A DNA stretch of 64,000 bases from Schizochytrium sp. TIO01 (lineage: Eukaryota; Protista; Bigyra: Labyrinthulomycetes), in NCBI GenBank assembly GCA_004764695.1, contig SMSO01000032.1:4682483-4746482 (forward strand), given 5' to 3'. How positions within the stretch are numbered: the first letter of the stretch is position 1; every line of letters starts with the position of its first letter. The notes beneath the pieces were generated by a model that saw only the letters and a program-made list of their open reading frames with translations, ran no database searches and was not told where the DNA came from. Positions 46,924 through 57,600 of the stretch are shown here, in pieces. The translations under genes were made by a program, and so were the position numbers.

Positions 46924-48891
46924 ATGGACCAAATTCCTGTGCCGGCGGAGATGATTGAAGATGCTGTCGATGTCACAACTTCGACCTCGGAGCCGAACCC
47001 GAGGGAAGACCTATCTCCGTGGCGTCTGAAGCGCGTATCTCTCGTGGACGCCCCTGGTGCTACCGAGGAGGTCGTAGTTCGAGATAACGGCGAAAGTGTG
47101 CTGGTAGGCCGTGGCCCCTCATGCCAGCTCCTTCTTACCTGGCGACAGCAGAAGCTTGCTTCTCGTGAACATGCCGAACTCTTCGTGGGCCCCAATGGTG
47201 AACTTTTTGTGATTGATCTCAACAGTATGAACGGCGTCGTTGTTAACGGAGTTGTCATTGACGCTAATGTCCCTCGCCAGCTCTACCGCGATGATGTTGT
47301 TTCCTTTGGTGGAAGAAGGCTCACAGCGCCGAGAGCTCGATCCAGCTCTGGTATTATTGAAAATCTCCTTCGCGAGCAGCCATTCTCTTATAAGGTCTTT
47401 CGCTCCCAGAACGCCGATGCCACTGTTGAGTCCACCATAAATGGTCAAAATTTTGCGGCCCAAGAGAATCAAGATCTCGTCCAAAACGACGCTCTCAATC
47501 ACAATCACAATTATAATAACGTTGGCGTTGGCAGAGTAAATGTAAATCTTGCTGGCCGCAGAGGACATTGGAGCCGTCGTGATCAAACCTCGCTGCGTAC
47601 CAGTGGAGGCAGGAATGATGAAGCTGAAGATGCGATAGACCTGGTGTCATCCGGATCAAGCGTTGGTAGCGGTGCTGGCGATGAGGTTGTGACTCAGCCA
47701 TCAGCTAATGCGATAACAGTGGCTCTAGCTCACAAACTGGCAGACTTTGAGGGGATGTTGGAATGTGTGCTATGTCTAGAGCTCATGGAGAAGCCTGTAG
47801 TGCTAACTTGCTCGCATAGTTTTTGCCAATCGTGCTGGCAGGAGTGGGTGGAGAGACAGGAGTTAAACAAGGCTCAAAAGGCACCGGCACAGCGTAAACG
47901 TAGAGTACTGCCCAAACTGAAGACTGCCGAATGTCCTACTTGCCGCGAGATGGTGCCAGTAAAAGCTCCTGTCGCGCTACTTCTGCAGAATGTCATCGCT
48001 GGCATCAAGGCTGCTAATGAAAAGGCGTTAGAAGAGGGAGTAGATTTGACAAGTATTGGCTTTGCTGGTAAAAATAGCATAAACGAAGATTGTGAGGCCA
48101 CGTCAAAAAGTGGCGCCAAAAGTCTCGACCTAAATGAATCTGGAAATGGGTCTGACCAAAATGATGATGACAATAGCAGCAACGGTGATGAAGACGATGA
48201 AAGTGATGACAGCGAGGAAAGCATTGATAGTAACATGGCTGCGGAGAGTGCAAACGAAACTGGTCAGCAAACAGTAAATAATGGACAGAGCAATAACTCA
48301 CATAATAAACGCGCGAATAAACGAAAGCGGGAACCTGATGTTGCAGATACGCAGGATTCTGACTCCTTACTCAAATTCCGTCGCACCGTTGTAAGGATGC
48401 CACGGCCGCGATTTGTTGAACAGTACAACAGAAGTTCTTCGGGTCATGCAAATTCCGCTATATCAGAAGATGGTGAAACAGGCTATGCAACGCCTGAGCT
48501 GTTGTCAGGATATATTGTGTCTCTTCAAATGTTGCGGCGGCACCTCGAGTGCGTGGAGGTTGATGCGCACGCATGTAAGATCTTTGGCCAACCTGCTTGG
48601 ATTGTATCCAGGTGCGACTCGGACTCTGAGAGCTGGGCTCAAGGTCTTCGAATGTACGATGTTCTTATGGAAATTAACGATGTCCATTGCTCCGGCTCTC
48701 GGGATAATGCTGGCTTTGGATCCGCAATTTCGAGGTGCTGTGGTGATGATGATAAGGACTCAAATATAACTGTGAAGGTATGTCGAGGTTTAATAGACAT
48801 TTCACTCCCTTCAGAATCGTCTTCATCTTCGTCCTCATCTTTGTCCTCATCTCCTTCTCCGGCTTCTTCTATTTCCCACGAGACCCAATAA
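46924..48891 (+). CDS. FHA + RING E3 ubiquitin ligase (RNF8/CHFR-like architecture) with a possible C-terminal PDZ-like domain
   Basis: FHA VGRG...SREHAE...IDLNSMNGVVVNG. RING CVLCLE..PVVLTCSHSFCQSC...CPTCR. Confidence 0.88.
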   Translation: MDQIPVPAEMIEDAVDVTTSTSEPNPREDLSPWRLKRVSLVDAPGATEEVVVRDNGESVLVGRGPSCQLLLTWRQQKLASREHAELFVGPNGELFVIDLNSMNGVVVNGVVIDANVPRQLYRDDVVSFGGRRLTAPRARSSSGIIENLLREQPFSYKVFRSQNADATVESTINGQNFAAQENQDLVQNDALNHNHNYNNVGVGRVNVNLAGRRGHWSRRDQTSLRTSGGRNDEAEDAIDLVSSGSSVGSGAGDEVVTQPSANAITVALAHKLADFEGMLECVLCLELMEKPVVLTCSHSFCQSCWQEWVERQELNKAQKAPAQRKRRVLPKLKTAECPTCREMVPVKAPVALLLQNVIAGIKAANEKALEEGVDLTSIGFAGKNSINEDCEATSKSGAKSLDLNESGNGSDQNDDDNSSNGDEDDESDDSEESIDSNMAAESANETGQQTVNNGQSNNSHNKRANKRKREPDVADTQDSDSLLKFRRTVVRMPRPRFVEQYNRSSSGHANSAISEDGETGYATPELLSGYIVSLQMLRRHLECVEVDAHACKIFGQPAWIVSRCDSDSESWAQGLRMYDVLMEINDVHCSGSRDNAGFGSAISRCCGDDDKDSNITVKVCRGLIDISLPSESSSSSSSSLSSSPSPASSISHETQ

Positions 48892-49465
48892 ATATCATTG
48901 GATAGCGGACGCTGGCGAACCTTGTAATTCATTAGACGCTTTCCTCAAATTAATTGTGTGCAACCCTTTTGCCACGGAAAGCCAAATACTTATCACAAAT
49001 TTACCCTTATATAACTGAGATATTAGAATAACATAGATCATATTTTAGGACCAATACCTCTAACGTCGCATTGAACATGCATCGCATCGCGCACTGCACT
49101 TCGTACTTAGTTTTGCGTGTTACAAACGTCTTCACTTCGAAGATGTCTCTTCTTTCGTTTTGCGATAAGCTGTGCCCTTTCGATTTAAGTTGAATAATTT
49201 CAAAGATCAAGGGAGTGCCAAGTAAACGTCTCACTTTCGAAGCCGGTGTAAGATGGTTAAATAAATGAAATACTCTCGAGAACGATCTTGTGTACATGCT
49301 ACGATGACTCGTTGCTTGAAGAAAGAGAGAAAAACAGAGAGGTATAAAATTTTGTGTTTGTGTATGTTATTTTAGCCCAATTATTGTTTTTGAAACTATC
49401 AAGTAAAAAAGGAAAAACATTTCGTTTGGAGAAAAACAAATAAACGTAGGGAGATTCATAGTATG

Positions 49466-51721
49466 TTACGACTCTTGCTGTTTATCAACGAGAGACATAA
49501 GACCGTGAGCAGCATTATTCATGTCGCTGGACTTGCGAGATGGCATCATTGTCTTGGGGCTCTTGCCCTTTTCTGCTTGTTTATTATCTTTGGACTCTTG
49601 TTGGGTCGGTCGGTCAGATGCAGAGGACGATGACGAAGATGTAGACGAAGAGGCCACGCCCAATGTTGGCGAGCGAGCATTGCTGGTATTATTTGCTGGG
49701 GATGCAGAATTCGAACCGAATGCTCCAGCCTCCTGCAAGTGTGATGGTGAAGTATTCAAACCCATGGTGAAGTGACTTGGGTTGAGAAAACCGGCAGCGT
49801 GAAGGGTTTGGAAGACAGGGTTTGATTCAATGGAACTCGTTTTCAAGGTTGGGCTTTGGCTTGTAAATGGCATCTGAAAGTTCTTGTACTGTTCCATCAA
49901 CTGAGCATAGGTTTCTGGAGAGGCAGCCCCAAAGCTTTCAGACTGTGGGGGCAAAGAATTACGCCGAACCTTGGGGTTCACTTGGGATCGCGGGCGGGGC
50001 ACAGCGGTTGCTCGGCGCGACTTTTTCTTCTGTTGTTGCTGTACTTTGTACAGGTCAGCAGTGGTCAGAGACTCAGGCATATCCTCGGATCCCTGGCCAA
50101 ATACTGATGGTTCTCCCTGTTCAGCTCCACGTCCACGCGCACCCGCGCCGCGCCGCCCACGGCCCTGGGGGGCGCCATCACCCGTGTTAAGCGAAGGTGG
50201 GTCAAGAACAGTTTGCGGCCTTCCTCCACTGTTGTTGTCACCATCGCCATCTTCATCATTTCCAATGCCGAGATCGCCAGCCGCCTCTGCGTAGCTATCC
50301 GGGTCAGTGTCCTTAAAGTTCAACACCGCGCGTGCTCTATGGTAGGCCTTTGCTGCCACATCATAACGTCGAGCTGCCTCAATCTCTGTCTTGTAGCGAC
50401 CCAGATACTTGACCTCGCGTCCAACACGAATTCGTGCTTGCCAGCGTCCATCTTTAGCGCATCTAGAGACTCCTCGGTACATGGATGACTTCTGCCTCGA
50501 CCTCCGGCGAGCACTGCTGGTGACAATAGAGTTGTTGCCGCCTTCGCCATCATCATCGTCGTCATCATCTCCGGTTGCCGCTGCTGCAGGGCTGTTATGA
50601 GCCTCGTTCTTGTTCGCCCCCGACGCTGTACGCTTGCGAGGTTTAGATTTTGTGCTTGGGCGTGGCGCCTCACCACCTCCAGCTGCCTCAATTTTACGAG
50701 CCGCCTCGAGTTGAAGATCTGCCATTGCTTGCGGATTAAATCCTGACTGAAGTTGCTGCAGAATGAGGGATCCATACAATGTGTTACTAACATTGAGCGC
50801 ATCCGAGAGCGCGTTGATACTTGCGGAGTTAGAATTACCTGGAGTTCCCGCAAAACCCATTCCATGTGTCATGAAACCTGTCAGTCCAAAGGCTCCTCCT
50901 GCTGGAGAGGCAAGTCCGTCGCTCCCCGCGAGGGAGTTGCCAGCGGGCGAGTTCACAAAACCTCCTGAGCTCAATAGCGGTGCTCCGGAGTAGTGACCCA
51001 GAGGCGGCGATCCAGCACTACTAGGTCCAAAGTCGTTAGCGCTGATGGACTTCGGCCCATCGTTACCATTGCTGTGAAGGTCGTCTCCCCCAAAAGTGCT
51101 CTGGTCGAGCGTCATTGGCTCGTTTGCAGAGCTCGAGGTGGTGCTCCGGGCAGAAACAGGTCTCCGGTTTGGTGTAGGTGCAGTGACATTCTTGTTTGCT
51201 TCCGCAGTGGACGTGGGTTTCCCATTGCTTTCTTTGGTATCGTCACTCTGCGAAGCGTTGTTACCTGCAGCAGTGGAAACTTTTGCAGGAGCGGCTGCAG
51301 AGCTGCTTGCGGTTGGTGACGCCGCCTTTGGTGCAGAAGTGGCAGAAGTTGATTCCTGAGAGCTTGATTTGACAGCCTCGGATGCAGTCTCAGGCTTTAC
51401 AGCAGGGGTTGGCGAAGCCTTGTCTGACACCTTGGAGAGAGTTTCCTTGTCCTTTTCTTCGGCTGGTGTGTCTGTTGTGGTAGCAGTGCTCGTCTTGTCA
51501 TCTTTTGTTGGTTCTGAGGCAGGCTCGCTTGGTTTATCGGAAGACTTGGCGGGCTGTTCTGCCGGGGATGCCGCAGTCGTTGAAGAGTCATTCTTCGTCA
51601 CCTCCATGGCATCACTATCAGCAGCAGCAGCAGCAGCAGGAGGAGGAGGGTTCGGTGCATCTTTCTCCATGGGGTCTCCTCTTTGAGCAGACTTCGCTGC
51701 AGCAGAAGGTGATTCCGGCAT
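49466..51721 (-). CDS. AP2/ERF-domain transcription factor
   Basis: SSMYRGVSR..DGRWQARIRVGREVKYLGRYKTEIEAARRYDVAAKAYHRARAVLNF within a long low-complexity protein. Confidence 0.92.
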   Translation of the reverse strand: MPESPSAAAKSAQRGDPMEKDAPNPPPPAAAAAADSDAMEVTKNDSSTTAASPAEQPAKSSDKPSEPASEPTKDDKTSTATTTDTPAEEKDKETLSKVSDKASPTPAVKPETASEAVKSSSQESTSATSAPKAASPTASSSAAAPAKVSTAAGNNASQSDDTKESNGKPTSTAEANKNVTAPTPNRRPVSARSTTSSSANEPMTLDQSTFGGDDLHSNGNDGPKSISANDFGPSSAGSPPLGHYSGAPLLSSGGFVNSPAGNSLAGSDGLASPAGGAFGLTGFMTHGMGFAGTPGNSNSASINALSDALNVSNTLYGSLILQQLQSGFNPQAMADLQLEAARKIEAAGGGEAPRPSTKSKPRKRTASGANKNEAHNSPAAAATGDDDDDDDGEGGNNSIVTSSARRRSRQKSSMYRGVSRCAKDGRWQARIRVGREVKYLGRYKTEIEAARRYDVAAKAYHRARAVLNFKDTDPDSYAEAAGDLGIGNDEDGDGDNNSGGRPQTVLDPPSLNTGDGAPQGRGRRGAGARGRGAEQGEPSVFGQGSEDMPESLTTADLYKVQQQQKKKSRRATAVPRPRSQVNPKVRRNSLPPQSESFGAASPETYAQLMEQYKNFQMPFTSQSPTLKTSSIESNPVFQTLHAAGFLNPSHFTMGLNTSPSHLQEAGAFGSNSASPANNTSNARSPTLGVASSSTSSSSSSASDRPTQQESKDNKQAEKGKSPKTMMPSRKSSDMNNAAHGLMSLVDKQQES

Positions 51722-51757
51722 TTGCGCGTTGTAATATATTATTAATGTGCCTGTTTT

Positions 51758-51897
51758 TCACGTGATCGCGATGTAAACGACGTTTTCTCTCCTTTATGGT
51801 GCGATGATTTCTTGCGTGGCCGTCAAGTGAGGCCTGCGGAGGTCGTTGAAGCTTGCACTAGAGCGTTTCTATAATGGATATTCACGTGCCACGTGAA
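51758..51897. promoter_or_regulatory. Cluster of three CACGTG (E-box/G-box) motifs just upstream of the AP2 start codon
   Basis: TCACGTGA at 51758-51765 and TTCACGTG-C-CACGTGAA at 51881-51897. Confidence 0.35.
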
Positions 51898-52313
51898 CAC
51901 AAGCAACTTAACCGTAACTACCCTCTGAGTTCGTTCACTTTGGCCAGAAGAGTCCAGGGGCCACAAGACCGCGACAAGCGGAGCTTTCGTTTAGGCGTAT
52001 AGACAAATTATCCCGACGGCGCTTGTGCGAGGCGTCGTTAGAGTTCGAGGAGCACGCTAGATTAAGTTGCCCGCCGAGAACCGCAGCGCCCGGAGTGGAC
52101 GGAGGTGAAAGGAATGAAAAACTAGGCCGGGCGAGTCTTCGGGAGTCCACAGCAGCAGCCTCTGCGTGCCCAACCCCTTTCTCCCAGCGCCGTCTGCTCC
52201 TCCTGCGCGAGAGAGTGCACTCCAGATCTGCAGCTCCACCCCGAGAGGTGGACTTGGATCAACCTCGCTATGCTATACCTGTCTTGGAAACAAGAAAACA
52301 GACAAACAAAAAG

Positions 52314-52362
52314 ACAAACAAACAAACAAACAAACAAACAAACAAACAAACAAACAAACAAA
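52314..52362 (+). repeat. (AAAC)n microsatellite
   Basis: About 12 ACAA units. Confidence 0.95.
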
Positions 52363-52699
52363 TAAAAGAGAAATAAACAAAGAGCGCGAGGGCTCTGATG
52401 CTGCAGAAGACCGGCAATCTGCACCGGGCTCACCTCTGTCTGCCTGCCTGCCTGCCTGCGTCTTTACCCCTCGCCTCTCTGCTCTCTCCTCGTCCCTCCC
52501 AGCTCCCTCGAGTCCGGGCGCCTGCCTGCCTGCCTGCCGCTCGCTTCGCGCTTCGCGCGGGCCCTGCTCGCGTCTCCTTCTCAAAGTCTTTCTGTCACTG
52601 ACTGATCGATTGATCACTCCATCAGAAAGTAAATTAAATTAGTATCATCTCTTTCTCTCTTTCTTTCTTTCTTTCTCTCTTTCTTTTTCTCTCTCTTAG

Positions 52700-52723
52700 C
52701 TAACTAACTAACTAACTAACTAA
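52700..52723 (+). repeat. (CTAA)n microsatellite
   Basis: Six CTAA units. Confidence 0.9.
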
Positions 52724-53096
52724 GTACACAGTTAACTAGCGAGCCGCAGGCCTACCGTATCGCCTACCTGGGCGGCTAGCGCATGAAGAGATTTTTTTGC
52801 TTTCCATTCTTTCTATTCTTTTCTTCTTTTCTCCTTTTTTTCTCTACTACCTCAACAAACAAACAGATCGCGATCAGGGATAAACAGACTTCGCTTGCTT
52901 TGAGAGCTCTTCTTCTCTTCGGATGCTCTGCTCTGCTCTCACCAATGGCCGCTTCTTTGCGCGAAAGGAGCGCTTGATGCCTCCTCCTGCTTTGCTCTGC
53001 TTTTTCCCGTCTCGTTCGCATGATTTCTTTTAGTTTGTGGCTTTTCCTCCTTCGCTGACAGAGGCGGAGGAGAAAGAAGCTTTTACTTTTGTTTCT

Positions 53097-53098
<2 letters not shown>

Positions 53099-53155
<57 letters not shown>
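53099..53155 (+). repeat. (CTTT)n microsatellite
   Basis: About 14 TTTC units. Confidence 0.95.
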
Positions 53156-53604
53156 GTCTTATCTATCATCATCCAATCCACTTCTCCGCGCACTATCATT
53201 GTGGAGCACACAACTCGAAAGAATAATTTCCGCTCTATTCATTCATTGTCTCTCACAGCTTTAACATTGATAATACTATCATCATTCTTACTATTATTAT
53301 CATGAATCCTTCGCTCGTCTCAGTACTCCTAGCCATGGCTACCGCGTCTCCTAGTAGGAAGAGAGGAAGAGAAAGTTAGTTTTAATGGCGCCAGGGAAAG
53401 AAAGAACGAGCAAGCATTTACTTGCCTTGAAGCATAATGGCTCCAAAGGGTACGTACGTACGTCATTCGATCGGCCCTTCGATGCCTATTTCACGCACGG
53501 CCTTTGAGGCCGCCTTTAAGCTCTCTTCCGGAGCCCTCCGACCGCCATTACGAGGCAGAGCAACGGGAGCCTCGAGCCTACTGACCCAATAACTTGAGGC
53601 CAAG

Positions 53605-53651
53605 TTTTCTTTCTTTCTTTCTTTCTTTCCTTCTTTCTTTCTTTCTTTTTT

Positions 53652-53737
<86 letters not shown>
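53605..53737 (+). repeat. Imperfect (CTTT)n microsatellite, about 130 bp
   Basis: Long pure-pyrimidine CTTT tract with a few interruptions. Confidence 0.95.
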
Positions 53738-53738
<1 letters not shown>

Positions 53739-54337
53739 GCTGAGCGCTAAGAGTCGCTACCGGCACCCTACCGCCCTCATCGACTAGCCAGTGGAACAGG
53801 CTTTGAAAGAGAGGTACACAACTTTCGCTTCCTTTTCTTCGCTTCGTGCTCTTCTTTTCTCTTTTCTTTTCTCTTTTCTCACATTCTTCCTTTTCTTGGC
53901 TGGGAGAAAACCGAAGAATGAATTCAAGAGGCTCTCTGTTCTGTGAACGTTCAATGACGCCCAGCCTCGTCTGTTTTGCCTCGAGCGCCCTGCCGATGGA
54001 TACTTCTACCTTATTCTCTGGGACACGCCCTATGATCATGCTGGACCGCCGCCTGCGCAGTGCGTGTTGATTTATACAATTAATACAGGTTATGCCCATA
54101 CTGTGCATTCTGTAACCTCGAGGGGTGTTTTTTCCCTCCTCTCTTCCTCGCCAGTTGAGCTCCTACCATCACTATCTAACCCTTACCCCCGTCTCCTTGC
54201 CCTTGTGATTCCTTCCTGCTAAGGGTCGCATAGCGATATCGCTACCTCTGCTAGTCCACTCCGTGAGCAGCTTCTTTTTCACGAATTTAAAAATAAATAC
54301 AAACAAAAAGGCGCCGAGTACCTGGTACCCTAATAAC

Positions 54338-54377
54338 TACTATTAGTAGTACTATTAGCAGTACTATTAGTAGTAGT
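54338..54377 (+). repeat. 12-bp tandem repeat (TACTATTAGYAG) x3
   Basis: tactattagtag tactattagcag tactattagtag. Confidence 0.8.
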
Positions 54378-54608
54378 AATACCACCGCCACCACCTCGCA
54401 GCAGCTTTTGCTTTATTATCTTTTTCGTTTCAAACAGCTTTCTCAGGCTCATTGATGGACAAAGAAGTCCAAGCTATTTCGAATTTGGCGATGAGTAAAA
54501 TGCATTCTTGAAAGAACCCGAAAGAATGCGTTTCTGAGAAGACCTTTCGATTTATGTCCTTCGCATCGACTATTTATTTACCCATCATCATCTCAAACCA
54601 AAAAAAAA

Positions 54609-54645
54609 GAATAATAATAATAATAAATAATAATAATAAATAATA
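54609..54645 (+). repeat. Imperfect (AAT)n microsatellite
   Basis: aataataataataataaataataataataaataata. Confidence 0.85.
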
Positions 54646-57600
54646 TAAGAAAGAAAGAGTGAACGATGATTGGAGTTCGCCAGTCGATGGATCGATCGAT
54701 CCTCCTCCCGGCCGCTCGCTGCCAGCTGATCCTCAGGCCGCCGAGGCCTTTTCGTCCCTCTTCGCAGCAGCGCAGGGCCTTCCGGCCACGCCGCAGCAGT
54801 CTTCCCAGGCCCGCCATCGGCAAGCGCGGCACTCAGCAATCAGCGACCAATAGGCGGCGCACACTGCGCCGAGGAAACCGGCCTATTCCTAGCAGCCCAT
54901 AGCCAACTGGTACCGCCAAAGAAGCCCTTCTCTTTTCCTTTTGTACATAGCTCTTTGTTCATACATGTGACATGTGAGGCCGTATAAGAGAAATCTAATG
55001 CTCTACCATGCGTTCTTTTATGGCTATGCCGCGTAGATGAGTGGTAGTCATGGTGGCGGCATGAGCTGACTACGTGAAACCGTAAGAAGGCGTCTTTGGC
55101 TGTTCGTTCTAAGTAAGCACTGCGTAGGAAGGCAGGTAGGTACAACCTTAGGCGAGGAAATGGAGCAAGAACTCGAAGAGTTTGGCACGGCGTTGGGCGT
55201 GTCATTTGGCCTGGTGACCAGGACTCAGGCCGGTCGAGGTACCGTAGAAAGGCGCGGATGGGGGCTTTCGCAGGCATATGCTTGCGCCTCTGGCAGCCCG
55301 GCTGGCTGGAGAAACGGAGGCTCCAAAGAATTGCGTTCCGAAGGAGAAACGAAAACGTCGCTTAGAATGGGATAAAAATGCTACGAGTTCTTCAGGCTCA
55401 CCTGATTGAACCAACGCAATGTAATACAGATATCCCGTGCGTTTAATACTTGTATTAACGGGTTTAGTGCGCAAATAAAGAGAACGGAAGCAGGAAGACA
55501 GTGCGCAGGGAAGAACGGAAAAGAACACATGATAAGGCGATCGTCGTTCTGATAAAACAGCTTAAAAGCAGTTGGCCATGGAGCAAGAGATGAGTTTGGG
55601 GTGTGCGCGCAGACGAGTAATTGCGGTTCATGGAGGCGCACCGGTTCAGGATCTCGTGGATGCAACACTCGAGTCCTGAGCAAAGCGCTTGACATGATTT
55701 CAAGAGACTCGCGAGCCCAGAAATGGGAGCCCAGAATCGGAGACGCCAGCGCATCATCAGTTGCTTGTTCTTCGAGTTTCCAGGCAGAAAATCCACAGAC
55801 TCTTCAAGTTCTTCAAGTCGAGCATTTTAACTTTTAACGAAACAGAGTAAGAAAGAAAGAAAAAAATTCTATCTATCATTTGATTTCTTTTCTGTTGGTT
55901 GAACCTCTCTGAGTGCCATCAAAGACTTTTGCGGATACTAGCAGTACACCCTCAGGTACTCACTGATGTTTTTTAGGTGGTGTTTAAGCTCAGTGATGCT
56001 GAGAGGCCATAGTCAATAAATTTGAGATAAAAGGGTGTGCACAAAGACTCCTTCCAACTGCCTCTATTTACTCCTAGTGAATCTGTGAGGGTGACCGTTT
56101 TTTGCCACGCCTATACTCTCCCTCATTTCATGCATGGCTCCTCACAACAACGTTCTGTCTTGACGGGATTTTGCTTGGTTAGCTTCTTTTATGTTCGTCG
56201 TAACGATGTAGAAGCGCGCGTAGTTTGTCAAGATGTATGGGAAAACTACCTCATTGAACGCTGAGAAACTACTTCAGCCAATACACACATTGCATAGACC
56301 TCAGAGACTCTGCCTTCTTCTGCCTTCGTTTCTTTGTTTCGGCTTTCTTCACCCGACTTGAACATCTATCAGGTTTTCGTGATTTTCCATTTTAAAAAAT
56401 TGATTTTATTGTTTTCAATTAAAATTCAATGCTTAAAATATTTTTATTTAACCCCAAAAAACAAAAAACGTTTGTTTATTTATTTATCAATCAGTCAATC
56501 AATCAATCAATAATTGATAAATAAATGGCTTGAAACTTGGGTTTATAAGGCATTCGCATGCAGATATTTGCATTTATCTTCTTATTTCAATCCAAAACTG
56601 CAGTGTTCAGGGAAATAAATGAGCAAATCAGCCATGGGTGAAGTGATATTGACACCTCGGCAGATCTAATGGTATCTACATTTGAAACCCACGTAGTAGT
56701 ACGGTGCTCAAACTAAAAGCTTTTCAATTGCGTTTCTGTGTCAATAATTTTCTTTAATTTCAATTTCAAATTATAAAATTTAATTAAATAAATAAATAAA
56801 TAAACGGGGAAGAACTTGAAGAAAACAAGGAGAGCGTGTGTACGGCGGCGGAGGTTTCAGGGAGGATTGTCCGAGAGAAGCGGTGATTCAGATGAACTGG
56901 TGAGAAATTCTGAGTGCAATGGGTGGCGTAGCACAGAGAAAGAGCCACATCTGACTGCGAGCTGTCAGGCAGGCGCACCTCTCGGCAAAGCTGCTTCGAG
57001 ACGCCCACCTCTCCCACAACGGCCAGATACCTCTCGAAGCGCAACCGACGCGCCTGGCGCAAGTCCCAGTCGGCCATGAGTACCTTTCTAGAAAAGTTTA
57101 GATGAAGTCCTCCCGCAGCTACTCTCTGAGAAAGGGCAGTGACGGATAATCACGGTATTCTGCCGGCGCTTCCGTTGTTTCTTTTTTATTGCTAAGGCGA
57201 TTGAGCAGTTTGTTGGAGGAGCACAAGAAGCTGCAGTTGCGCTCGTAAACGCAGGCGCCCAAGACCCATGGAGGCGTGCTGGCGACCTGGGTAGCTAGCT
57301 ACCAAGCTAGTGCAGACCAACGCAGAATTGTATGCGACTGCGACCACCTGGCAGTTTTCTATATACTGAACCCTTAGGAACTTGCCGGTAGCCATGGCGT
57401 GCTGTTGTTGCCTTGTTGAGATTACATAGTGCAGATCTGCGCAGATAAATACTGTGCAACATGTGCTTCAACGAGAAGCTCGAATTGGCCAATGGTACTC
57501 TAGCGAAGAACGACGCTGCAACACCCGCGAGCTCTGGCACTGTAAACAATGGTCTCGCCTTAAGGCACTTCGTGGCAGCACACACCATTGCAGAGCGCTC

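Noticed and set aside
52023-54108. ORFs with KERK/QTNK/LFVC repeats
   Set aside because: These are translations of (CTTT)n and (AAAC)n microsatellites.
56899-56940. GAGAAATTCTGAG..AGTGCAATGG resembling RNase P RNA conserved regions (tempting because POP1 is in the window)
   Set aside because: No downstream CR-V/P4 complementary strand was found, and the spacing between motifs is wrong.
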